From: a bacterium
GTDB lineage: Bacteria; SM23-31
Direction of reading: 5' to 3'
Assembly (NCBI GenBank): GCA_965249485.1
Contig: OZ252239.1
Location: 3,072,001-3,136,000, forward strand
DNA: 64,000 nt
In this document: in pieces, positions 9,526-19,832 of the stretch
How positions within the stretch are numbered: position 1 is the stretch's first letter
Layout: the number at the start of each line of letters is the position of its first letter
Notes under the pieces: model-generated
The model's database searches: none
Told to the model about the DNA's origin: nothing
The model's input: the letters and a program-made list of their open reading frames with translations, nothing else
Made by a program: the position numbers and the translations under genes

Positions 9526-10872
9526 TCAGTTGAATCCCATCATCTGCCGGGTGATTCTATTTCGCTTACTTTTACCACCAATCGCTGATTGCGAAAACTT
9601 TTTTATCATTTTCTGCATCTGAAAAAATTGATTTATAAGCTTGTTAACATCCTGAACTGATGTCCCGCTCCCCTTAGCAATTCGCATCCTTCTGCTTCCG
9701 TTGATCAATTTCGGAACTCTCCGTTCCTGAAGTGTCATTGAATTGATAATAGCTTCGGTCCTTTTAAATGCTTGCGGATCAACTGACATCCCCTTGAGAC
9801 CCATCTTGTTTGCACCGGGTATCATATTGATCAGATTTTCATATGAACCCATATTCTGAAGCTGCTGCAATTGCACTTTAAAATCTTCAAACGTAAATTC
9901 TGCACGGCTGAGTTTTTCCTGAAGCTTATCACTCTCATCTTTGTCAAGTGCATCCTGTGCCTTTTCAACCAGCGAAATCACATCACCCATTCCGAGAATT
10001 CGGGATGCCATCCTGTCGGGATGGAAGGGCTCAAGATCCTTCGGCTTCTCACCAACCGATATAAACCGAATTGGCTTCCCGGTAATAGAACGAATTGACA
10101 ATGCAGCACCGCCACGTGCATCGCCATCGAGCTTTGTTAGAACTACACCCGAATAATCGATCCGTTCCAAAAATGAAGAAGCAGTATTTACTGCGTCCTG
10201 ACCGGTAATGCCGTCAGCCACATAAAAGACCTCATGTGGCTGCACTCTGCTTTTTAATTCCTCCAGTTCCCTCATCATATCTTCATCGATCTGGAGACGT
10301 CCAGCAGTATCAAGAATAATAACATCACCATTATTGTCCAAACATTCTTTGACGGCTGCTTCGGCTATGGCAACCGGCTTCTTTTCTCCCCGTACAACAA
10401 CCTCGACATTTAACGATTTCCCAAGAACTTCAAGCTGCTTCCGCGCAGCAGGCCTGTAAATATCGGTCGAAGCCATTACTGGTTTCTTACCTTTTTCCAG
10501 AAGGTATTGGGCAAGTTTTCCACAAAATGTCGTTTTACCCGAACCCTGAAGCCCGACTATCATAATAACTGTCGGAGGTTTTGGTTGAAGCTGAATATCT
10601 CTGAATGGCTCGCCAAGCAGACTTGTAAGTTCATCATGAATGATTTTCACTATCTGCTGAGCAGGCGTTATGCTTTTCAGGACTTCTTGACCGACTGCCT
10701 TCTCAGACACTCGGGTTATAAAGTTTTTTGCAACTTTATAATTAACGTCCGCTTCGAGTAATACGCACCTGATAGACCGGAGCGATTCCTCAATATTCTT
10801 TTCGGTTATCCGCCCCTGCCCACGGAGTTTCTTAAGGACAGCGTCTAGCTTTTGAGTTAATTCATCAAACAT
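9526..10872 (-). CDS. ffh: Signal recognition particle protein Ffh
   Basis: GLQGSGKTT, DTAGR, TKLDGDARGG, Met-rich M domain. Confidence 0.97.
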   Translation of the reverse strand: MFDELTQKLDAVLKKLRGQGRITEKNIEESLRSIRCVLLEADVNYKVAKNFITRVSEKAVGQEVLKSITPAQQIVKIIHDELTSLLGEPFRDIQLQPKPPTVIMIVGLQGSGKTTFCGKLAQYLLEKGKKPVMASTDIYRPAARKQLEVLGKSLNVEVVVRGEKKPVAIAEAAVKECLDNNGDVIILDTAGRLQIDEDMMRELEELKSRVQPHEVFYVADGITGQDAVNTASSFLERIDYSGVVLTKLDGDARGGAALSIRSITGKPIRFISVGEKPKDLEPFHPDRMASRILGMGDVISLVEKAQDALDKDESDKLQEKLSRAEFTFEDFKVQLQQLQNMGSYENLINMIPGANKMGLKGMSVDPQAFKRTEAIINSMTLQERRVPKLINGSRRMRIAKGSGTSVQDVNKLINQFFQMQKMIKKFSQSAIGGKSKRNRITRQMMGFN

Positions 10873-11066
10873 TGTATAGATTCAATCGGAAACAAGCATA
10901 CGGTAAAGCCTTGTAGTTTACATAATTTGAATGGTAAATCCAAATTGTTTTTAGATTACTGCAAGGAGCGTTAATAATGCTCAATATTATCAAATAATAA
11001 ACATATAAGAAGCGAAAACAAGATTTGAAAATTATGGTACTCTGGAGGGATTTTCTGAGGGATTTC

Positions 11067-11783
11067 TCACTTGCTTCCCCAAATAGCTACGGGATCGAGA
11101 ATCTGAGGAGGATATTTGGAGTAAAACGGTTCTCCATAACGGCAACCTATCATTTTCCCGTAAAATCTACCGCGTGCTTCAATTAAGTTCAAAAATTCCG
11201 GATCACTCAACGCTGTTGCCGGTTCTTTTGAATCGGCTTTATAAAACTGTGAAGCAAATGCAGTTATCGATTCCATCTTCTGTTCGAATTCATCGGTAAT
11301 ATCAACAATGAAGGTGGGATCAAATTCACCTCTGCCCATTGCATATATAAGCCCGTGCACCGGGTGGCTTGCGGTTTCCGGCTCGAAATTTCTAACTCCG
11401 GACAGAAATACAGCATCTTTGACCAGATGAGCACAGGCAACATGGTCGGGATGGTCGTCAAACCAGTGTAGTGTCACAACTAATCGAGGTTTTGATTCAC
11501 GGATTGCTTTTACAATTATTATACGTGTAGCATCGTTGTTAGAAAGTCTGCCATCACCATTATCGAGAATTGTGCGAAATGAGGTGCTAAGAATTTCGGC
11601 ACCCCACCCAGCCTCCTGAGCTCTAATTTCCTGCGTACCTCTCGTCCCCAGTTCACCGGCAGTAAGATCAATGATTCCTGTGGTATATCCCAACTTAATA
11701 AATTTGATCATTGTACCGCCGCTTCCCATTTCTACATCATCGGGATGTGCAGCAATAGCAAGAACATCAACATGTTTAATCAT
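11067..11783 (-). CDS. bshB1: Bacillithiol biosynthesis deacetylase BshB1
   Basis: AHPDDVE, DLTAGELGTRG, HPDH (PIG-L family); adjacent to bshC. Confidence 0.9.
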   Translation of the reverse strand: MIKHVDVLAIAAHPDDVEMGSGGTMIKFIKLGYTTGIIDLTAGELGTRGTQEIRAQEAGWGAEILSTSFRTILDNGDGRLSNNDATRIIIVKAIRESKPRLVVTLHWFDDHPDHVACAHLVKDAVFLSGVRNFEPETASHPVHGLIYAMGRGEFDPTFIVDITDEFEQKMESITAFASQFYKADSKEPATALSDPEFLNLIEARGRFYGKMIGCRYGEPFYSKYPPQILDPVAIWGSK

Positions 11784-11788
11784 ATCGC

Positions 11789-13414
11789 TTAAAACTCAAT
11801 TATATGGTGATGATTGGTTTGTACTGTGACCTGTTGCGAGAGAAATTGAGGAAATTCCCGTCCATAACGGAGCATGTAATGCAAAATCGAGAATATCCGT
11901 TCCTGCATCGAATTATTCGGAATCACGGCATTGAGTGCACGTTGAGATCTGTCTGCGGCAATCTTATTCGCTGTTTGCAGTGCCGTATGAAATCGGTTTT
12001 CTATTTTTTCCAGTTGGTATTTCATTTTTTGCTCAGATTTATCCACCATTTTCACTAACGTTGAATCGAGCGACTCTCCAAGTTTCCGAATTTCTTCGAG
12101 ACGGGTTTGAAGCTGATCGAATGCATTTTCAAATTGATCGTCAAAACTACTTCCCGACACTTCTTTGGTTAATTCCTGCAAAAGCTCTTTTCCATCCCCT
12201 CTAATAATCTGCATAGGATCGCACTTCATTTTTTTTAAGAATTTTATTTTTTTCCACTCAATAACAGTTGCGCTCCAGCGGGGAATCAATATTGGCATTG
12301 ATAAACCAAGTAGTTCATATGCTTTCTTCAGTTGTGCGATATAAGAAATTTCTGATGCACCCCCGATATATGCAACTGTTGGAAGCAGGTAATCCTGCAG
12401 AAGAGGACGAAACAGCACATCTGGGCTTAATGAATTGACTTCTTGTTCGACAAACGTGTCAATCTCAACATCGGTCAAGGCAACTGTGTCAGTAGAATTC
12501 TTACCAAAAGCCAAGCTATTGAGTCGCAACCTCATTTTACCATCCGTGCGAAATAGATGATACATATCTGGGCGGAGTGAAACTTGAGGAGAATATGTTT
12601 TGGAGGATAGAGCTTCTGTTTGAATATTTAATTGTTTGTGAAGCTCATTATTTTGTCTCAATGCCTGCACAAAAAACGGCGATGCTAACTGCTTAACAGC
12701 CGAATCGCCGGGATTGAGAAAAATAAGTGGTTCATCCGGAAAGAATTCACGAAAAAAATCAACAAAACAATCCGTAAGACATTTTCCGGCAGTATAGACT
12801 GCCTCACACGTATCAATTATATTTTTTGCATGGTCTCCATCACCGAAATTTTCGGCTATTTCATTCAAAAGGTTATTAAAATCTAAATCAACCGATCGAA
12901 ATTTGGTCGGCACCGGTTTTTCAGCGTACTTATCAGAATATTCGAACCGTTTGACAGTCCCGGAAGGAGTCATCATGTTGACATGACGAATCTCTTCAAA
13001 ATCGTGATCGTCTACTTCCATCCAAAATAACGGCACAACAGGCCTATTATACTCCTGCTCCAGCTTTCGAGCAAATCGAACAGCCGTCAAGGCTTTATAT
13101 ATTGTATATAAGGGACCCCAAAAAACACCTGTTTGCTGTCCGGTCACTACCGCAATACATTTTGGATCAAGTAATTTATGGATTTCATGAGTTATTAGAT
13201 TGTTTTCTGTCCTGTCGTGATTATGCATAAGCAGTATTCTTACAAGCTGTTCTCTCTGATAATCATGGGAATCACAGGCAGACAACTGGCTTTCCCATGC
13301 TTTTCTCTCATTAGGATTGCCGTTAAAAAATTCGCTAACATTATCATAATTTTCTATATAATCTATGAATAACTTGGAATATCCTTTTATATCTTTGTAA
13401 CCAACCGTATCCAT
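11789..13414 (-). CDS. bshC: Bacillithiol biosynthesis cysteine-adding enzyme BshC
   Basis: VTGQQ...GPLYTIYK, FWM..DDHDFEE, RPLLQDYLLP, QER. Confidence 0.93.
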   Translation of the reverse strand: MDTVGYKDIKGYSKLFIDYIENYDNVSEFFNGNPNERKAWESQLSACDSHDYQREQLVRILLMHNHDRTENNLITHEIHKLLDPKCIAVVTGQQTGVFWGPLYTIYKALTAVRFARKLEQEYNRPVVPLFWMEVDDHDFEEIRHVNMMTPSGTVKRFEYSDKYAEKPVPTKFRSVDLDFNNLLNEIAENFGDGDHAKNIIDTCEAVYTAGKCLTDCFVDFFREFFPDEPLIFLNPGDSAVKQLASPFFVQALRQNNELHKQLNIQTEALSSKTYSPQVSLRPDMYHLFRTDGKMRLRLNSLAFGKNSTDTVALTDVEIDTFVEQEVNSLSPDVLFRPLLQDYLLPTVAYIGGASEISYIAQLKKAYELLGLSMPILIPRWSATVIEWKKIKFLKKMKCDPMQIIRGDGKELLQELTKEVSGSSFDDQFENAFDQLQTRLEEIRKLGESLDSTLVKMVDKSEQKMKYQLEKIENRFHTALQTANKIAADRSQRALNAVIPNNSMQERIFSILHYMLRYGREFPQFLSQQVTVQTNHHHIIEF

Positions 13415-14148
13415 TACCGTTTTCTCCCAACTAATAATACGCGTGGTGAATCATCACGAAAAGATGAGCCATCATAGTCTCCAAATCTGTGCAGAGGTTC
13501 CAGCCCGCTTCGAATGAATATGTCCTCAAGATCCTGAGGGGAATATAACCTTACAGACTCTACATATTCTTTCTTGTCTCCGTTCTTGATTAATGAGATA
13601 GTTTTATTAATTCGTTCTGACTTTTTATCAAATTCTCTCTGCTGGCGTATTGTAACAGCACCTTTAATCTGCTCATCATACGGAGTGAAATGATTTAAAA
13701 TATAGTCTCTGTTCATAAAATCCAGAACAACCCATCCTTCCTTTTTGAGCGAACACGACACTCCTTGAAAAACCAATTCATTTTCAGTATCAGATTCAAA
13801 ATAGCCGAACGAAGTAAACATATTCACGACGCCATTAAAATAATCTTCATAGGGAATATCTCTCATATCTCTGATGTGGAATTCAATTGTCACATTTTCT
13901 TCTCGCGCTTTTTCTTGTGCGAAATGAATAAGATTCGATGAGAGATCTATACCGACAACTTCATATCCCTTCTTTGCCAGTGCGATTGCGTACCTCCCTG
14001 CTCCGCAGCACAGATCCAAAATTTTATGTCCCGACTGTAGAAGTGATATTTCCTCTAATGTAGTAATAAGTGTGTGTGCTTCCTCCTCATTCCTGTGTTT
14101 GTAAACATCAATATAATCATTACCAAACCACTTTTTATACCATGACAT
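13414..14148 (-). CDS. Class I SAM-dependent methyltransferase; candidate bacillithiol N-methyltransferase
   Basis: LDLCCGAGRY, DMRDI, FTSFGYF; its stop overlaps the bshC start (TAATG). Confidence 0.85.
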   Translation of the reverse strand: MSWYKKWFGNDYIDVYKHRNEEEAHTLITTLEEISLLQSGHKILDLCCGAGRYAIALAKKGYEVVGIDLSSNLIHFAQEKAREENVTIEFHIRDMRDIPYEDYFNGVVNMFTSFGYFESDTENELVFQGVSCSLKKEGWVVLDFMNRDYILNHFTPYDEQIKGAVTIRQQREFDKKSERINKTISLIKNGDKKEYVESVRLYSPQDLEDIFIRSGLEPLHRFGDYDGSSFRDDSPRVLLVGRKR

Positions 14149-14412
14149 CGTTCATCTTCCCTTGCTATACGCTCATTCTCATAATGATCCGACCTGATTT
14201 TATTCGGATACACGTACATGAGAGAGTCAATGTATAATTCTCGTATAATTATTGCAATACCTTTTTATTTCCAAAAATATTACACCTTTTATGATTTAAG
14301 AAGAAAAAAGATTGCTAAAATCAAAAAATTATGAAACATTGTGTACTTTCAAACGGGTATGGATGTATAAGATAAAAATTCATTCTGACAAACCACAGGG
14401 AGTAAACCGATT

Positions 14413-17316
14413 GTGAACATGATACGAAGAAAAATCAATAATGATTCTGAATTAGTATTAGGAGGATTGCTTACATTTTTTATATCATTTTTTGTTTATC
14501 TGCGGACTGTTGCACCGACTGTATCTCTCTGGGACTGCGGTGAGTTCATAGCTAGTTCATATATCCTCGGTGTTCCACATCCTCCCGGAGCTCCGTTTTA
14601 TCTCATAATCGGAAAAATCTTCTCATTGATTCCTTTTCATGCCGACATTGGTTTTCGCGTCAATATGATCTCTGTACTATCGAGTTCATTTACCATACTT
14701 TTTCTTTACCTAATCATTACGCAGCTGATTAGGAGCTATCAGGGTACAATTGAAGAACAGTTCGACAAATTTATTGTTTGCGGAGCAGCATTAATCGGTG
14801 CATTGACGTTGGCTTTCAGCTATACATTTTGGTTCAACGCAGTTGAAGCTGAAGTGTACGCACCCAGTATGCTCTTTACATCGGCTACGCTTTGGCTGGC
14901 ACTAAGATGGTTTGAGCATCGTGAAGAACTCTCTTCTATAAGAAATTTAATTGTAATTGTATATTTAGTTGGGCTTTCCTATGGTGTTCATTTATTAAAT
15001 ATTCTCGTTGTGCCGACAATCATTCTTCTCATCCTGTTTCACAAACCACGTTTTTTATTTGTGTGGCGATTGTGGTACCTGGCCATGCTGGTCGCATCAA
15101 CGATTACAATATTAGTATTTATGCTGCTTGGCGGGAAGATGGACCATTTAATCAGTCTTTTTGTGCTCAATTGTGTTCTTTTTCTATTGGCCGGATCTTT
15201 TATTTATACGTACAAAAGTTTCATTCAATTCAGTTTGGAAAATGTATTGATAGCAGCTTCGTGTGCTGTGGGCGGCATTTTAATTGCCTTGACAGTGTGT
15301 ATCGATAAACTTTCGGTTCTTAACGCAACACTGGGAACGTGGGAATTGCCTATATTAGTCGGTTTTGACAATCCCCTTTTTGTCTATTTAGTTTTTATGG
15401 TTATTTCATTTACTGCAGGTTTTGTCATTCTCGAATACAAACCTGAATTATTGACAAACTGGAAATCACTCCTTTTATCAATGAGTTTAGCAACAGCAGC
15501 GGTCTGGTTCATTGTTGCTGTAGGAAGATCTACCTATGCACTCATATTAATTCGCTCAGGTCTTGACCCCGTTATTAATGAAAATGATCCGTCAACTATG
15601 TCGAATCTTCTCTATTATCTTAACCGTGAGCAATACGGTACGACCAGTCTGCTATCAACTGCACTTGACCGAGCAGCTCCCCTTTGGGAGTATCAGATTA
15701 AATTTATGTTTCTCCGCTATTTCGGATGGAATTTTATTGGAAAAGGGATTACTTTTGACACCAGAGGCTTTATTCAAGAGAGCTTTGCTCTACGAGGATT
15801 GTTAGGATTCCCCTTTCTCATTGGTCTTTTCGGATTTGTGTACCATTCGATAAAAGATTGGAAAAAAGCAATCTCAATGTTTGTATTTTTTATTGCCAGT
15901 GGCCTCCTGCTTGTCCTTTATCTTAATCAACCCGACCCGCAGCCGCGAGAGCGGGACTATGTCTATGTTGGCAGTTTCTTTGTGTTTGCTGTATGGATTG
16001 GACTCGGTGCATACGGGATAATGAACAGCATGAAAATGTTTTTTGCAAATGATTCAGTTAGAAAATTCGGTGCTGCTTTTGCGGGGGGAATTCTATTATT
16101 CTTCTGCCCAATTAACGAATTCCAGTTTAATTTTGATGAAGGGGACAGGACCGGTAATTTTGTTCCCTGGGATTATTCATACAACATCCTCACAAGCTGT
16201 GAAGAAAATGCAATCCTCTTTACGAATGGTGACAATGACACATTCCCATTATGGTACCTTCAGGAAGTCGAAGGTATTAGAAAAGATGTTAGAATTGTTA
16301 ATTTGAGTTTATTGAATACACCGTGGTATATTGAGCAGCTCAAATACTATGAACCACGATTAGCTATCAATCTTCAGGATGAACAAATAAAAGCAATCAG
16401 ACCAATCGCATGGGAATCAAAAACATTGCAGGTGCAGGTAACTCAGCAAGTTTTTGAGTCATTTTACCAAGAATATAACCAACCGGTACCGGAGTCGCTG
16501 GTAAACACCACCTCATTATCCGTACAGGTGGATCCTACTCTCACAGTTGGAAGCCAGACAGGTGTTCAGGTCAGGGATATTATGGTATTTCATATCATTG
16601 ATGCAAATAAATGGGATAGACCTGTTTACTTTGCAATCACCGTCTCACCGTCATACTTTCTTGGGTTCAAACCATATTTGAGACTTGAGGGGCTTGTTTA
16701 TAGAGTTACTCCCGTTCAGTCACCTCCGGTACTAACGGAAACACTCGGCAATAACCTAATGAAAAAATACCAGTATCGCGGCATCAATGATCCTGACGTC
16801 AATTTAGATTTCGGAACAGTACGGCTACTAGGCAATTATCGGCAGGGTTTTCTAGATCTTTCCCGAAATTACATCAATACAAGACAACCTGAAAAAGCTG
16901 TTGAAGCATTGGATTTCATGACGGAACATGTTCCGGAATTCAGATCGACAAACCGGAATATAATTGAAATTATCGGACGCCACTATTATGCTGCTGGTCA
17001 ACAGGAGGCATTTAGATCGCGCATCTTAGAACTTCTGATTGGAACACCGGAAATTTCGAGAGACAAACAATTTGAATATGCAGGATTACTCTTTTCTGCA
17101 TTTAAAGATACATTAAATACCGAAAAAACATATGAACGATTGTGGGAATCCGATCCCAATGACAATAAAGCACTGGGAGCACTTGTGAGTATATATGAAT
17201 TTTCCGGTCAGATCTCCAAAGCTGTATCTGCTTTGGAACAATGGCTGGGAGATCACCCTGCTGACTCTGTCGCACAGAACAAGCTGAAAGGACTCAGGCC
17301 TTCACCGGAAAATTAA
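14413..17316 (+). CDS. DUF2723/TMEM260-like polytopic membrane protein (putative GT-C protein O-mannosyltransferase) with C-terminal TPR-like region
   Basis: WDCGEF, HPPGAP, EAEVY, YLNREQYG, PRERDY and GDNDTFPLWY motifs. Confidence 0.85.
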   Translation: MNMIRRKINNDSELVLGGLLTFFISFFVYLRTVAPTVSLWDCGEFIASSYILGVPHPPGAPFYLIIGKIFSLIPFHADIGFRVNMISVLSSSFTILFLYLIITQLIRSYQGTIEEQFDKFIVCGAALIGALTLAFSYTFWFNAVEAEVYAPSMLFTSATLWLALRWFEHREELSSIRNLIVIVYLVGLSYGVHLLNILVVPTIILLILFHKPRFLFVWRLWYLAMLVASTITILVFMLLGGKMDHLISLFVLNCVLFLLAGSFIYTYKSFIQFSLENVLIAASCAVGGILIALTVCIDKLSVLNATLGTWELPILVGFDNPLFVYLVFMVISFTAGFVILEYKPELLTNWKSLLLSMSLATAAVWFIVAVGRSTYALILIRSGLDPVINENDPSTMSNLLYYLNREQYGTTSLLSTALDRAAPLWEYQIKFMFLRYFGWNFIGKGITFDTRGFIQESFALRGLLGFPFLIGLFGFVYHSIKDWKKAISMFVFFIASGLLLVLYLNQPDPQPRERDYVYVGSFFVFAVWIGLGAYGIMNSMKMFFANDSVRKFGAAFAGGILLFFCPINEFQFNFDEGDRTGNFVPWDYSYNILTSCEENAILFTNGDNDTFPLWYLQEVEGIRKDVRIVNLSLLNTPWYIEQLKYYEPRLAINLQDEQIKAIRPIAWESKTLQVQVTQQVFESFYQEYNQPVPESLVNTTSLSVQVDPTLTVGSQTGVQVRDIMVFHIIDANKWDRPVYFAITVSPSYFLGFKPYLRLEGLVYRVTPVQSPPVLTETLGNNLMKKYQYRGINDPDVNLDFGTVRLLGNYRQGFLDLSRNYINTRQPEKAVEALDFMTEHVPEFRSTNRNIIEIIGRHYYAAGQQEAFRSRILELLIGTPEISRDKQFEYAGLLFSAFKDTLNTEKTYERLWESDPNDNKALGALVSIYEFSGQISKAVSALEQWLGDHPADSVAQNKLKGLRPSPEN

Positions 17317-17365
17317 TAGACTTAATAAATTGTTTTGTGGGTTGTAGTTGAAAAATTCAGGAAAA

Positions 17366-19111
17366 CTATTTTTCGGAAGCTGTGTTGGTTTTTTTGATAA
17401 CAATCATTGTAATATCGTCATCCTGCTGATCTTTGATTGAAAACTCTTGAATCTCTTTTTTTATATTGCGAATAATGTTTGCAGCCGAACATTTAATCCA
17501 TTTTTGCAGGCAGGAAACAATCCTCTCTATTCCAAATTCTTCATTATAGGGATTGAATGTTTCAGAGACTCCATCGGTATAAAAGAAAAGAATATCACCA
17601 TACTTCATAAAGTTGACTTCAGATTCATAATCAAAATCGGGAATCACACCAAGGATTGGGCCGCCGCTCTTCAATGCCTTCCAATCTCCATTTTTTCGCA
17701 TGAGCAAAGGAGGATTATGTCCGGCATTTGTAGAGCAGAATATGCCCGATTTTGCGTTGATAACACCATAAAAAAATGTAGCATATTTGCTCGGTTCCGT
17801 TACTTCGTAAAGTTCATTATTCAGAAGCCTCACTATTTCCTCGGAAGAATCCGCCTGCTGTATCAATCCGCGAAATGTTGAGTTTAAAGCAGCCATCAGA
17901 AGCGCCCCCGGAACGCCTTTTCCCGATACATCACCAATTGCAACACCGATCTTGTTTTCAGAAATTTTCATAAAGTCAAATAGGTCTCCTCCGATTTCCT
18001 GACTTGTGTTGTTCACTGCGGCAAAATCATAACCTTTCAACTTCGGCATTTTATTCGGCAGCAGAGCTTTTTGAATGTTTCTGGCAATCTCCAGCTCTTT
18101 GTAAAGCTGCTTTGCATCAAGTGCTTGATACAAAAGTTTTGAATTTTCAATCACGATAGAAGTCTGGGCAGCAAAGGCACGAAGAAGTTCAACATCATGA
18201 TATCTAAAATTATGCACTTTATCGCTTTCAAGAACAAAAGCTCCCATGACACTATTCCTATAGTTAATCGGAACAGCTACTTCAGACCGTGTCCCCTTAC
18301 GAGCCATAACATACCGCTTGTCCTTACGAACATCCGGGACAACGATTTCTTTATTATTTGCTATAGCCCAGCCAACAATACCCTTCCCCGCTTTAAGAAG
18401 AACATTATCCTGTAGATCTTTTGAAAATCCCCGAACAGCAGTTTGTTCGAGCGACTTGTCGGGTAAATTCAATAGAAATAATCCAGCAGCGTCACAATCG
18501 ATCACATCTGTTATAGCATCTAATATGTGATTTAGAATCTCGCTTGATTCAGATGAATGACCTATCGTGCGACCAAGATCAAGAAGTACCTGCCTTTCCC
18601 AAGTTTCACGCTTCAATAGTGCTTTTAAAAAAGCAATTTCGAGCAGATTCGCTATATCAGGCAGCGAGTTTTCAAACGCCTGCATTTTTCTGGCGGCTTT
18701 GCCAGTTCCTGATGAAAAAATAACTGCGCCAAGACATTCGTATCCGGACCATAATGGCAATATCCATTGTAAACCAGATTCTTTCAATTTAATTTTCAAT
18801 GATTTTTGGAACCAAGGCCAGTCATCAAGCGATATTTTACTGCTGAATGATTCGGTTGCATGACCATCCGGAGAAAAAGTTATATACGTTTGCCGGAAGA
18901 AATTGAACCGGACTACGGATGATCTTTTGAAACCCATTGTTTTTCGGATAGTATAGCGCGACTTCCGCTCTGAGTGAAAAATGACAAGAATTTTTTGAGC
19001 ATTGTATATTTCATGAATATTATCACTCAACCACGTACACCGCTCATCAAACGATTCGAGCGCAACAAGGGAATTTATATAAGACTCTTTAAATTTTTGG
19101 AGTGTTCTCAT
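17366..19111 (-). CDS. GAF-domain PP2C/SpoIIE (RsbU-like) serine phosphatase
   Basis: GAF (GIVGW...SEVAVP); GGDLFDF, GDVSGKG, NAGHNPP, YTDGV, DDIT. Confidence 0.92.
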   Translation of the reverse strand: MRTLQKFKESYINSLVALESFDERCTWLSDNIHEIYNAQKILVIFHSERKSRYTIRKTMGFKRSSVVRFNFFRQTYITFSPDGHATESFSSKISLDDWPWFQKSLKIKLKESGLQWILPLWSGYECLGAVIFSSGTGKAARKMQAFENSLPDIANLLEIAFLKALLKRETWERQVLLDLGRTIGHSSESSEILNHILDAITDVIDCDAAGLFLLNLPDKSLEQTAVRGFSKDLQDNVLLKAGKGIVGWAIANNKEIVVPDVRKDKRYVMARKGTRSEVAVPINYRNSVMGAFVLESDKVHNFRYHDVELLRAFAAQTSIVIENSKLLYQALDAKQLYKELEIARNIQKALLPNKMPKLKGYDFAAVNNTSQEIGGDLFDFMKISENKIGVAIGDVSGKGVPGALLMAALNSTFRGLIQQADSSEEIVRLLNNELYEVTEPSKYATFFYGVINAKSGIFCSTNAGHNPPLLMRKNGDWKALKSGGPILGVIPDFDYESEVNFMKYGDILFFYTDGVSETFNPYNEEFGIERIVSCLQKWIKCSAANIIRNIKKEIQEFSIKDQQDDDITMIVIKKTNTASEK

Positions 19112-19353
19112 TGTTCCAACTGATTGTATATGTTCTTCATTAATAATATTGTGCTATATAGGGTGGTATACCTTGTTATATCACGAACGTTTTCCAATGA
19201 TGCAGATCATACCTAATCTTGACAGCTTTCCGGGTAATCCTATGATGTAAATAGTAATCAATATTGCTAATATTTGGGTAGTATGTAATAAGGAGTGTGG
19301 TACAAAGTTTTAATTGGCTAGTATACTACGTATCTACAACTGAGGATACATTT

Positions 19354-19815
19354 TCACGTTTTTTCATCGTCTTCTATTTCTTTTACACTTTTCACAAAAT
19401 CTTCTTTTGCTTCAAATTTTCTGTACACTGAAGCAAAACGGACATATGCCACGTGGTCTATCTTTTTCAACTCCTCCATGACCAATTCACCTACAATTTT
19501 ATGCGGTATTTCCTTGAGCTGGAGTGTGTGCAGTTTTTCGATAATAGTATCTACGACCAACTCGATTGTTTCATAGGGTATAGGCCGTTTTGAGCATGCT
19601 AACTTTATGCCGATTTCAAGTTTTTGTCTGTCAAAGTCTTCGCGATTTCCATCTCTTTTGACAAGGGTATGCGTGACCTTTTCAATATATTCATATGTGG
19701 TATACCGGTGTCCGCATGATAAGCACTCCCGTCTCCGCCGAATGGCACTGCCCTCTCGTACGGTACGGGAGTCGATAACTTTATCTTCACTCGTTTGGCA
19801 ATATGGACATTTCAT
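19354..19815 (-). CDS. nrdR: Transcriptional repressor NrdR
   Basis: CPYC, RRRRECLSC, ATP-cone, YVRFASVY. Confidence 0.97.
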   Translation of the reverse strand: MKCPYCQTSEDKVIDSRTVREGSAIRRRRECLSCGHRYTTYEYIEKVTHTLVKRDGNREDFDRQKLEIGIKLACSKRPIPYETIELVVDTIIEKLHTLQLKEIPHKIVGELVMEELKKIDHVAYVRFASVYRKFEAKEDFVKSVKEIEDDEKT

Positions 19816-19832
19816 AGTCTAAACCTCGAGTA

